From Naegleria gruberi (lineage: Eukaryota), in the NCBI GenBank assembly GCA_000004985.1, contig GG738881.1: 64,000 nt of DNA. One strand, written 5' to 3'. Below, in pieces: positions 24,171 through 35,326 of the stretch (its first letter is position 1; each line of letters opens with the position of its first letter). A program made the translations under genes and the position numbers. The notes beneath the pieces are model-generated. The model made no database searches. It was not told the DNA's origin and saw only the letters and a list, made by a program, of their open reading frames with translations.

Positions 24171-27100
24171 ATGAATGCCTCGGAGCTTTTACTTTGCATC
24201 ATTAAGATGATGATAATCATGATGCTTATTGTTAGTTGCTTGATGGTAGATTGGGGTCATTCCGCACTCGTTGATAAGAAGTTTAAATTAAAGACAGTGT
24301 GTGGTGATTTTAATTATCCTTACTTTTATCGTCCAAAGGGATTGTCATATTATTCGGGTTCTATTTATGTTGCTAATACAGGACAGCATAATATTATTAA
24401 ATGTGATCCTACTAATGGCGCCATTCAAATAGGTAAGTTTTATTTACTAATAATAGTGATTATTTAATATTTACATTATATAAATTTATATATATGAACA
24501 ACAATAATAATAGTGGCTGGAGCATCAGGATATTCTGGATTTGTTGATAATTTAGCACCATTACAATCTTACCTAAATACTCCTAGTGATGTTTGGGTTG
24601 AACAGGACAATGTCTATTACATTGCAGACACCCTTAATAGAAGAATTAGAAAAGTCTCCAATGGAATAATGACAACACTAGCAGGGGATGGAGTTGCAGC
24701 AAGTAACCCTGACTTTATTACACCTGTTCAATTGAACGATCCAAAGAAAATATTTCTTTATGGTGGCAATTTGTACTATGCAGAATATGAAAAGATTAGA
24801 AATATGCATAATATGCAACCAACAAGCATTGAAACCATAGCTGGAAACACATACGGATCTACTATTGGAGTTTCTGCTCTAAGCTCACAAGTTAAGGAGC
24901 CTCAAGGTCTTTATTTCTATTCGGACAATAAGTATTTAATAGCGGATACTGGAAATCATCGTATTTTAAAAGTAGAAAATAGTGTAGTTAGTTTTATTGC
25001 TGGAAGTAGTTCTCAAGGATACTCAACAGGTTATGCCATAGGTTCTCAACTTTCATCACCAAATGGTGTTGTAGCTTTGGGATCTTCAGTAGTATTTACA
25101 GATACTGGAAATCATTGTATTAGAAAGATTAACACAGATGGAACTTTAACTACCATTGCAGGAGTTTGCACTACTTCAGGTTATAACTCAGATCAAGCAG
25201 ATGCCACCAATGCTTGGCTCTCATCACCAAGTGGAATAGTTGAAGTAAATGGTGATTTATACTTTACGGATTCAATGAACGGAATTATTAGAAAGTTGGA
25301 AGCTTATTGTGATACTGGATATGTATCATATGATAATTACCAATGCACATTAGCGACGGTTGTGCCTCAATGTTTTGGAATTAGTGCTTCAGACTCTTCA
25401 GTTTGTTCAGGAAGAGGATCTTGCACAAGTTACAACAATTGTGTCTGTAATTCTACATATTATGGATCTCAATGTAGTTATGATTATTCTTGTGGTGGAT
25501 TGAGTCCAGATTCATCAACAGCATGTAACGGAAAAGGTGTTTGCCAGTCACAAGATAAGTGCCAATGTATTTCTGGTATTGTTGGTAATTTGTGTAATCT
25601 TGAGGCCAATTGTTTTGGAATCTATTCATATACAAGCACGGTTTGCAGTGGTAAGTTTTTCATTGGAAAATTAAGTTAATACTAAATTTAAACTAATAAG
25701 GTAGGGGAACATGTGTGAGCAATGACAAATGCTCGTGTAGTGATGGATATTATGGATCTCAATGTTCTTACAGTTATGCATGTAATGGAATAGCTCCAGA
25801 TTCATCAAATGTTTGTAATAGTCGTGGTGTTTGTACTTTGACTGGTTATTGTTCTTGTTATTCTGGTTTTTCTGGAGGATATTGTGAAAATATTAATCCA
25901 ACTAATTCATTCATGTGTTTTGGATTTTATCCATACGAATTAAATGTTTGTGGAGGTAAGTTGGTTTGATTCCAAATTTGTTGGTTAATATTTCGTTTAT
26001 TAGCAAATGGAAATTGTATTGGCACTAATGTATGCTCATGTAATAAGGGATATTATGGATCTCAATGCTCGTATAATTATGCATGTAATGGAATAGCTCC
26101 AGATTCATCAAACGTTTGTAATAGTCGTGGTTCATGTAATTCGAATGGTACATGTTCATGTGTATCTGGTTATCAGGGATCATACTGTGAATCAGCACAG
26201 TCAACACATGTAGTGAGTTCTGACACTGGCATTTGGATTGGAATTGGGCTGGCTATTGGAGTTTCTGTTCTTTTTCTTGTTGTGATATCCGTTGGGTTGT
26301 TAATTATTGTCATTACCTTGCGATTAAGAAAAAAGAAACATAATGAAGCAAGAAGAATAGATCAACTTAGAAAAGATAATGATGAGCAAGCTAGAATTCA
26401 ATCTAACAAGGAAAAGCCACAAGAGATGATTAACCTTACTATCACTACCAATAGTAATTCATCAGGTGTTAATGCTATAGCTAATACCAGTACTAATCAA
26501 CCATCATCTTCATCTACTAATACTCAGATACAACCATCTTCAACAATGGGATCATACACAAGCTATCTTAATAGTAACAGTAATCAAAACACAGAATTAT
26601 CCTATGCCATTTTGAATCAGGGTGAGGACAACTCTTTTAGACCTCCTCCAACCATTATTAAACAAGCAAGTAAGACGAATGATGGTATGGATATATTCTC
26701 ATCAAAGGATCACACCTATAAGATAATTAAGGTTTTGGGACGAGGAGGATTTGGAACGTGTTATTTGTGTGCAGATGTTGAATCGAATGATTTGATTGCT
26801 GTTAAGGCAATCCCAACAAACTTGAACGACTTTTCATCTATTTTCAGTGAATTCTCCAAATGTTTGGCATTCCAACATCCAAACTTGGTCAGGTCATATG
26901 AATATTTACAAGGAAATGGAATGATGTGTCTTGCAATGAAATTCTACAAGTGTGGAGATTTGGAGCATATTTTCAGAAATGTTGCCAAGAGAAAGCCACC
27001 ATCTGATGAATTATTAATTTCAATCATTAATCAGGTGGGTGAAGGTCTTGATTATTTACATAGAACCCAAAAGGTCCTCCATCGTGATATCAAGCCTAAC

Positions 27101-27517
27101 AATATTATGGTTGATGAATTTGATGAAGATAATTCAAAGATTTCAGTTGCTATTGGAGATTTTGGAGTTTCAAAACAAGCTACTACTGCTCACACTTTTA
27201 CAGGAACAATTTATTATGTTTCACCTGAATTATACGCTGGTTCAAAGGATACTTCATATCCAACTGATATATTTTCATTTGGTGTCACAATGTACTTGAT
27301 CATATGCAACCATTTTAACAATATGAGACAAGGTATTACTCAATTATCAATGGTTGAAGGTTATGATAAGGTTATGGATAAGGTTAGAAAGGAGTTGAAT
27401 GCTACAGGTATCAAAGATGATATTACTGAATTGGTAATGAAAATGTTATCTAAGGAACCTGGAGAAAGACCACTCGCTGAAGAATTAGCCAATTTCTGTA
27501 AGATTAATGTTTGTTAA
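24171..27517 (+). CDS. Receptor-type Ser/Thr protein kinase: signal peptide, NHL repeats, tenascin/EGF-like Cys repeats, TM helix, kinase domain. Four exons: about 24171-24432, 24514-25650, 25701-25955, 26004-27517
   Basis: Introns gtaagt...aataatag (81 nt), gtaagt...ctaataag (50 nt) and gtaagt...tttattag (48 nt), all phase 1. NHL-like blades (YVANTGQHNIIKC, YIADTLNRRIRKV, LIADTGNHRILKV, VFTDTGNHCIRKI, YFTDSMNGIIRKL). Repeated C.C..GYYGSQCSY modules. TM segment IGIGLAIGVSVLFLVVISVGLLIIVITL then RLRKKK. Kinase motifs GRGGFGTCY, AVKAI, HRDIKPNN, DFGVSK, SPE. Confidence 0.75.
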
Positions 27518-27547
27518 TCTATATTAAATATATAATGATTTATTAAA

Positions 27548-29476
27548 TTACAAACAACTTGCATTTCTACATAATTGATTGTAAACAGCATTAGCCACAG
27601 CAACACCGGAATTCCAACCAGCTTGATTGGCATATTCAAAGTGAATACCACCATAAATTCTGGATTTACCAGCTTCCTTAGCAGCATCTGACAATTTGTT
27701 AAATGTTCTTGTGTGATATTTGTAACCATCACTTACTACATCAAAGGAGATGTCATCACTTCCCAATACTAAACTCAAAATTCTTGCAGCAGCACCAGAG
27801 AAGGTTGAGTGTCCACTGGTGTATTCAGGGAAAGGTGGAGTTGCCAACAATGGGAACCAATTAAGATTTCTATTTCTATTATTTACAGCTGTCACTGGAC
27901 GAAGTGCATTATAGAAATATTTGTGATCCCAAGAAACAATACCAGCATCAGCAAGAGTACAACCTAACAATTTGAAAATGGCAGATACTTTGAAAATGTC
28001 AGTAATTCCTTGGCTTCTAATAATTGATTGAAGGATGACATTCCAATGTCCTGGTGGAGTGGCAGTTCCTGCACCATCATCCCAGAACCAAGCAATTCTT
28101 CTTTGATCAAAAGTTCTAACACTTGAATCATTTCTACCATACAAGAATACTTCATCATAGGAAGTTTCGAATAAAGGAGTTCCCAATTGTGGAGGTGGAC
28201 CTTGTCTAAAACTTTCAACATTTTGAATTCCAAAAGGTTCAACATTTGGCCATTGAGGCAACAATGGATTTCTGACATAATTTGGAGCATGACTTTGATA
28301 ATCCATTGCTCCATCTCTAAATTGATAATCAACAAATTCTGCACTTCCATCATTATCTCTAGATCTCAAAACTCTGTCAGCTGTCGTCACTGCAGATTTA
28401 CCAATTTTAGTTAATTCTGAAACGTCATATTGTGAACATCCATTACATTGTAAAGCTCTCTTCAATGCAGCATTATAACAATCAATATTATTTGGAAATA
28501 ATTGAGAAAGGACACGATGAGCAGAAAAGGAAATTGTGGTTGCAATGGTTGCGTAGTCACATGCCTTGTTTGAGTTTCTGGATCTTCTGCAGGAGCCAAG
28601 GGCATCGTCTGTGGCTGTGTGAAGAATGGCCATGGCTCTGGATGCAATTGGTGGAGCAACTTTGAAATCTCTGACAGTTGACAGTAAAACATTATTCCAC
28701 TTGACAATGAAATCTTCATTGAAAATGTCTTTTTCAGTGGTAATTGCAGCACATTTTGGAGCAATATCAGTTTGACTGATTGGGAAAGTATGAGAACTGA
28801 CAACACTGACATAATATTGATTAGTGACAGGATTAATTCTAATCAAATTCAAACCTCTAGCCATTCCTTTACCCCAAATATTTGAACTCAATTCACAATC
28901 AACAACCAATGAACCATCTGCTGAAATTCTCATTGGCATTGGACTAGACCAAGTAATTCTAGGAAAGGCAATACTACCATTGACCTTCCAAAAATAGGTA
29001 TAAAACCCAAATGGTAAAATTGAACCTGTGTCCACCCAAGTACCATTTTTACCTCCGTAAGCTCCGTGGACAACAAGTGGTTTAGTAAGCATGATTGCAA
29101 AGGCATCATCATAAACTCCCAAATCTTGTGAACCTGCCAAATTTGGATAACCTCGAACTTTTGCATAGTGAACTACATATTGATCTCCCACAGATGTGAA
29201 AAATTGTGCACCATCTGGCAAACGAGCTCCATTATCAGAAACATCCAAACCATATTGATTTCTATAGAAATTTGTTGCCTTTTCATGAGCATCTGGATAA
29301 CGAGTGATTGGTGCAATGTTTCCTGCTTGAATGCCATCTGCCAAAATTGACAGGTGGAATTGAGCATCGTATTCTTGAGGATTGGTTTCTGTGGTTGGTG
29401 AGTAGGCATTGATTAGAAGAAATGGTGAAAAAATCAATGTAAACACGAGAAGGAGTCGTGTTAGTGGAATTGACAT
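27548..29476 (-). CDS. Secreted vanadium-dependent haloperoxidase / PAP2 acid-phosphatase-superfamily protein (642 aa), intronless
   Basis: Signal peptide MSIPLTRLLLVFTLIFSPFLLINA. C-terminal motifs KYFYNALRP (K....RP), PEYTSGHSTFSGAAA (PSGHS) and SRIYGGIHFEYANQAG (SR...H) match the vanadate/phosphate-binding signature of V-haloperoxidases and PAP2 enzymes. TAA stop. Confidence 0.7.
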   Translation of the reverse strand: MSIPLTRLLLVFTLIFSPFLLINAYSPTTETNPQEYDAQFHLSILADGIQAGNIAPITRYPDAHEKATNFYRNQYGLDVSDNGARLPDGAQFFTSVGDQYVVHYAKVRGYPNLAGSQDLGVYDDAFAIMLTKPLVVHGAYGGKNGTWVDTGSILPFGFYTYFWKVNGSIAFPRITWSSPMPMRISADGSLVVDCELSSNIWGKGMARGLNLIRINPVTNQYYVSVVSSHTFPISQTDIAPKCAAITTEKDIFNEDFIVKWNNVLLSTVRDFKVAPPIASRAMAILHTATDDALGSCRRSRNSNKACDYATIATTISFSAHRVLSQLFPNNIDCYNAALKRALQCNGCSQYDVSELTKIGKSAVTTADRVLRSRDNDGSAEFVDYQFRDGAMDYQSHAPNYVRNPLLPQWPNVEPFGIQNVESFRQGPPPQLGTPLFETSYDEVFLYGRNDSSVRTFDQRRIAWFWDDGAGTATPPGHWNVILQSIIRSQGITDIFKVSAIFKLLGCTLADAGIVSWDHKYFYNALRPVTAVNNRNRNLNWFPLLATPPFPEYTSGHSTFSGAAARILSLVLGSDDISFDVVSDGYKYHTRTFNKLSDAAKEAGKSRIYGGIHFEYANQAGWNSGVAVANAVYNQLCRNASCL

Positions 29477-29936
29477 TTGGCGTTTTTGAGATTGTTTTTT
29501 TTTTGATGATTCTTAGAATGTTGCCGACAGATTATTGAGATTTAAAGGTATTGGATTGTGTGCTTATCTTTCACCTTCCATAAATTTGTTGCATGACAGC
29601 TAGTGACGTTGTCGTGTCGGCAAGTATTTAAAGCAGTTTTGAGCTGGAGATCATCCTTATTCTATCTCATTCCATTTAAACTCAATAATTGCGGTTAGCA
29701 TTAATAACAATCTCCTTCTTGTTAAATCAGTTTCCTTCCAAATATTAAAAATTGGCAACTGACATTATCATTTTTTTAAACCAATCATCATCACTTTCAT
29801 TCCATTAAGGAAAGAGATCCAGTCGGTATCTTTTTCTACCAAAATCCTCTTTCCTGCCACTTGTCATTATTTACATCATTCGAAACCTTTCAAACAACAT
29901 TTTCAAAAAAAAATCCAAATTTCAAATCCACACAAA

Positions 29937-30683
29937 ATGCTAAAACTCTTCCTCACTCTACTTTTAGTAACTTTCCTTTTAAATTTCTCAAACCAAGCTT
30001 GCGATCCTTCAAAATTATTCGATGCTGAATTGAGTTTATTATTTGATGATGCGTTGCCATTCGATTTGATTCCAAAGAGGATGGAATATCCATTGAATAC
30101 TCAACGTTTTACAAATGCCAAGTTGGTTGAAGGTTTACAATTTTTCAAAACCAGATTTGGAATTGACTTGAATGTCAACAGTCAAAAAGAATTCAGATTG
30201 GAAAAGGGAAGTTTTGAAGGTTATAGTGTAGTTGGTGCAGTTACTAAGAAATCAAGATTCTTTGGAAGTCCATTGATTAGAGTTTATGCTGACATGTTGA
30301 CAGTTGTCAGTTTGAATTCCACTCAAATTGATCCATTGACTCAATATCCAATTCCAAAGGATGCTATTGCTCAATTTGGTTACTATTCATTCTATTACAG
30401 AGCTAACAATACTTTATTTACTGAACCTATCAAAGTCACAAGTCAAACTTTCCAAGAAGGTTGGAGAGATGCTCAACAAAACCTTGACCATTCACGTAAT
30501 ATTATCTTTGACTTGTATTCTCCAGAGTGGGGAGTTGGTTCTTCTCAAGGTGTTGTCACAATGCCAATGCATGATTCTACATTAGGTAAAAGTCAAGTGT
30601 CAATGAGAGAATGGTTGAGATTTCCACCTGTTGGAACTGCCAAGAGAGGTGATGTTACCACTTGTCAATCTTGGTTAAATTAA
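29937..30683 (+). CDS. Secreted protein (248 aa) paralogous to the N-terminal non-catalytic domain of the adjacent haloperoxidase-like gene
   Basis: Signal peptide MLKLFLTLLLVTFLLNFSNQA. Shared blocks LQFFKTRFGIDLNV vs ATNFYRNQYGLDVS and FGYYSFYYRANNT vs FGFYTYFWKVNGS. Divergently transcribed from a shared 460-bp intergenic region. Confidence 0.55.
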   Translation: MLKLFLTLLLVTFLLNFSNQACDPSKLFDAELSLLFDDALPFDLIPKRMEYPLNTQRFTNAKLVEGLQFFKTRFGIDLNVNSQKEFRLEKGSFEGYSVVGAVTKKSRFFGSPLIRVYADMLTVVSLNSTQIDPLTQYPIPKDAIAQFGYYSFYYRANNTLFTEPIKVTSQTFQEGWRDAQQNLDHSRNIIFDLYSPEWGVGSSQGVVTMPMHDSTLGKSQVSMREWLRFPPVGTAKRGDVTTCQSWLN

Positions 30684-31622
30684 ATATAATAGAATATGAT
30701 AAATATGCTATTTTCAGTATTTTCTTAAAATTCATTAATTTTTTCAATAGTATTTCATCAAATTAAGAGGGATACCAAGATACTTTACAATTTTCTAATT
30801 GAATAAAATAGTAATGTTGTACAAATATTAAAAGTACATGTTGAGTTAATGGTAAATGTACTTTTAAAATTCACGTGTATTATAACTTGCCCAAAATTTA
30901 TCAGAGAGATTTTCTACTTATTATTGCATCCCAGAATTGATATTTCTAAACTTTTATTTTTAAAACCACAAGTTTCTTATTTCCAATCACGTTTCTCTTC
31001 AACTCGCCAGAATATGTTAACGATAGATGAGTAACCTTGCTGCCATAACCGGCTCTTTTCGGTGGGGAAGTGGAATAAGGGTGGTTGCTGTCCTATAAAG
31101 TGCTGAAAGTGCTTGATTGCTCCCACTTCCTTTTTACTTTTTACTTTGGATTGAGCAATTCAATAACTTTGGTACTCTTCAAGAAAAGGCGAAGGAAGAG
31201 GAACCTTGATACCTCTCTCTAAGGCTATGAAAGTTATGTGTGAGTTAAATGGAATAACAAAAGTTCTCAACCATTCCTAACAATACATTCACAGTTTTCC
31301 AACTTGTTCGATTTAGTGAAAATTACTTATGATTTTCCATGATGAAAAATAAATTCCAATTTCATGATGATAATCCACCAATAAAAATTACTACTATTTA
31401 GATATCATGTTGAGATGATGAAAGTTTGGTGTTTCCATCATGTAAAACCACTCCGAAAATCATCATCATCCATAGAGGCCATTTGTTGAATATTTCTTGA
31501 TTCTGAAATCGGAATTATTGGTTTTATCAATCACAAGTAAGACTCCAATCTGCCAAGAATTCATCCTTAATAGATGAATTCAGTGAATCAAATCTTGATA
31601 TTCAAATATTTCTTTAACTTTA

Positions 31623-32811
31623 TTAATAAACAAAGGCAGCAGAAGGAACAGTGTTGATACCACATCTTCCAACTCCTTTGACAATTCTAAAGTATCCATC
31701 TTCTCCAAAGTCATATCCCCAACTGGTTAAGAAATTCATAAAGTTTCAATAAATTATTCTCAAAACTAAACTTACCTATTCTTAACAATCCAATAAGGTT
31801 GTGGCTTACCAAACCAGAAAGTTTCAAGACCATAACCAACAATTAAAACACCATGGTCCAATTGAGTTGGATCACACCAAGCAGGATCAGCAATTCCATT
31901 ATTATAATTTTGTAAAAAGTCAGCATTCAAAGCAACAGCAATTGGTCCATTTTCAGCCAACCAATTAGCCATTTCAGTTTCATTAGTCGACAACATGGTC
32001 CAATTAGACAATTTAGCAACAAAATTAGCTGGTTTCACTTCACACTTGTATCTTTCAGCATAGTAAGGATAATCCTTTTCAGTGACAACTCCTCCTGCCT
32101 TCATCAAGTATTGATAGGCCGACCATTGCAATCCTCCATTACATCCATCATCACATGATTGTTGATTTTCAAAAGTTACACAATTATTATCACAATCGAC
32201 AAGTTGTTGCTCTGAGAAGGAAACGAGTTGCTTGTGTTTAATGGCATAGGAACCTTCAATGGATCCAATGGCAGAAAATGCCCAACAAGATCCGCATTGA
32301 CCTTGGTCTTTGACACCAGTGATAGCTCCATGATTTCTCCAATCATAATGCTGTAAATTTCAAAATTTCAATTCATTACAAAACAATTTCACATTTTACA
32401 AAAATTGTAAACTTTTCAACTTACATCAGGAGCAGGTTTGGCATAACTATTAGACACCATCTTATTAGAATCCATTCTCATCATCTTTTGAATCTCCTTT
32501 GGTGTCTTCTTTTCCATCAAATAAAACTTTCTAAACTCGTCACTTGTCAAATCAGAAAACTTTGTAATGCCATAATTATTATTTCCTTCTCTGATATTCA
32601 TTCTACGACTAGTTTCGATATTTTCTCTAAAAACCTTCAAACGATATTCATATTCTTCTGGTCCTTTGTAAAATCTTTGGAATTTACGAGTAAAATCAAG
32701 GAAATGATCTCTGACAGCTGTTTCAGAAAGTGGTTGATAGGTTTCTTGATCAAAAGCAAGAATACCACATGCTAAAATCACGAGGAATGTCAAGGTGTAA
32801 AGTAATTTCAT
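31623..32811 (-). CDS. Cathepsin L-like papain-family cysteine protease (pre-pro-enzyme), three exons: about 32425-32811, 31776-32350, 31623-31722
   Basis: Signal peptide plus I29 propeptide (ERFNIN-like: KVFRENIETSRRMN). Catalytic Cys block (QGQCGSCWAFS), His (HGVLIVGYG) and Asn (NSWGYDFGEDGYFRI) regions. Introns of about 74 and about 53 nt (gtaagt..cag). TAA stop. Confidence 0.8.
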
Positions 32812-33291
32812 TTTTTTTGTGATGTTTATTGGAAATTTGACTTTTGATTGATGAGAATTTGTGCGAAATGGTTTTCAAATTGGTGAACTGGAAGATAACA
32901 AATATGTGCATTTTGTAATCTCACTACAATTTTCTTTTTGAAATTTGTATTTTTTTCAAAATACTTGAAGAGTTTCGAATAAAAAATTAGATTTCAATAT
33001 GAAATGTATGAAGAATCCTTTGAACAACTTTAGAATAGGCAAAATTCAATATTGTAATCAATTTATCTGAACTTTTAAGCCAACGAACTATTGCCCTCAT
33101 TTGGCGTTTTACGACTGTCAATTATCAAAGCGAGTTTGACAGCAAATTTCCTTAAAAAAAATACCGTTTCTGTGTGGCTGTGCTGTGTTCTTGCAAGACA
33201 AACAATTCCACCGTTAATTTCATCACAAAGTTCATCATCATTCGAAAAATTAAAAATTAATTATTGGAAAGATTTCGAATAACAATAAGAA

Positions 33292-35086
33292 ATGCTAAAC
33301 GACGAACATTCGACAGTTTCTACGCCCAGAGGAAGTTCATCCAAACAATCATCTTCCGATAGAATAGAAACTCTCTTATCCGAATACAAGTTTCGTATAG
33401 AAGCAATATTCGATTATTCTCCAGCAAGAGATACCTTTCGTAAATATTTAAAGAAAGTTTGTTTAAACGAAGAACCTTTCATGTTCTACGAAATGGTCGA
33501 AAACTATCAAAAAACAAGATTAGACAAGAATCGTTTAGAATTGGCAGCTGACATTATCAATCAATTTATTGTTGTCAACTCAAAACATGAATTAAACATG
33601 TCAATGGCTATCAGAAATGAAATTCTAAAACAACATGCTCAAATCTTGGAAAAGAATCAAAACCTGCCAAATTTGGAATTATTGACATGTCCTTCAGATT
33701 TATTTGCCAATGCTCAAGATGTAATTTTTACAGAATTGAAACAAGATAATTTTCCAAGATTTGTCAGATCGAAAGAATTTAAAAAATTTATCATGAAGGA
33801 ATTTAAAAAGAATGAAACAATTTTTGAAATGTTGGGAGATAAGAAAGATGATGATGGTGAGTTGAGTTTTTTTTGTAAATTTGGAAAATTAATAATGGAA
33901 AATATGTTTTGGAATAATGGAAATAATTGGAAAATTGGAAAATTGAAATTATTGTAAAATTTATTGTAAATTTTTTTGTAAAATTTGACAGTAGTGTCAA
34001 TTGATCCACATTCAATGTATTTGAAAGAACATAATGAAACAACTGCTGATTGTCCACTCATTGATACCACTTCATTCTATGTAACTCCAAAAGATTATGA
34101 ATTGGTGAAGGAAATTATTTCAACTCTTTCAGATCCAATGAAATGGAATGTCGTGAGTGAGAAATCAGGTTCCAAAACACTCGTCTCTACTAAGGCATTC
34201 TATTTCAATGAGAAGGAAGGTGCCTATCCACTAACATGCAGTACGGGAATGTACACTGGACAACATAAGCAATTTTTCCACGTCATTTTCTCACCTGCTT
34301 TTGAAAAGAACATGAAAAGAATATTTAAAACGAGATTTCAATTGGAACATTTGAAAATTGATGCTAGTAAGGGAATTGAATTTCCAAATACTGTATTTTG
34401 GGGAGAATTGAATGTAAGTTGAATTTGTTTCAAGAAAATTAACTCAATTTATTATTCGTATTTAAATATTACAAATCTATTACAATGGAAATAATGGCAA
34501 TCGCATGATTCGATAGGCACCAATTATAATGAAGAAGAGAGAGCTCGTAGTGGCCAGAACCATTATTCCAGATCAATACGATCCAGAAACTGGTCAATTC
34601 AACCGATATGTCATGCTTCAAAAGCCAACCAATCATCCAGAATGTCCAAAAAAGGATTCAACCATTCGATGCTCGCTCTACACTGCAATCATTGCTGAAA
34701 AGAAAACAGCAGACACGATGAGATATTACATTTTTGACACAGTTGACTTTAAGGGAAGTGTTCCCAAGTTTGTGATTAATAAGGCAAGCAAATTATTTGC
34801 TGCTGGAATTAACAAAATGTTGAGGAGTATGATTAAGCATAAAATAGACGAAACTCAATTACTTTCGTGTAATGGAACTTTGGAAATTATGAAAGAACAT
34901 GAAAATTATTTGAGGGAGAAATTAACAAAGGAAATGGAACATAATCAAGCAGATTCGAATGAGGAACCTAAAGGTGAATTATCGACTTCTTCATTGAAAC
35001 AGTCAGTGGAAGATTCGTCCACTCATGAAAGTCAAATTCCACCAAACGAAGAATCCAACATTCCAGAAAACAATTTTGAACAATAA
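33292..35086 (+). CDS. RGS-domain + START (StAR-related lipid-transfer) domain protein, three exons: about 33292-33856, 33992-34413, 34517-35086
   Basis: The RGS core (FDYSPARDTFRKYLKKVCLNEEPFMFYEMVENYQK...FPRFVRSKEFKKFI) lies in exon 1. Exons 2-3 encode a START fold with the hallmark C-terminal segment VDFKGSVPKFVINKASK. Introns are gtgagt..gacag (about 135 nt) and gtaagt..cgatag (about 103 nt), in phases 1 and 0. Confidence 0.65.
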
Positions 35087-35326
35087 TAATCTATCCAATT
35101 TTTAATTAACTTTTTACAAATTTCTTAAGAAGATTAGTCTGTTAAATATTAATAAGCATGATAACCAATAGCAACCATAATTCCAGAAGAAAACAAAAAC
35201 AGCAATTCCAAGGAATCTTCGTTTGTACTTGAAATATTGTTTAAATTTGTCAACTCTTGTGTCAAACTTCTCGAAAAAAAAGTACCAACACTGCCAAACA
35301 CAGAATTCTTAATTAAAACAACTTTT

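Noticed and set aside
28187-29409. Several 60-130-aa ORFs on both strands inside the haloperoxidase gene
   Set aside because: They are fully nested within a 642-aa ORF with strong domain support. They are typical spurious shadow ORFs.
31040-31200. Possible structured small RNA (8-bp complementary segments ggaagtgg/ccacttcc and U-rich CCUUUUUACUUUUUACUUUGG reminiscent of a U5 loop)
   Set aside because: There is no convincing match to any snRNA consensus (Sm site, U5 loop I CGCCUUUUACUAAAG). It cannot be supported without covariance-model search (Infernal/Rfam).
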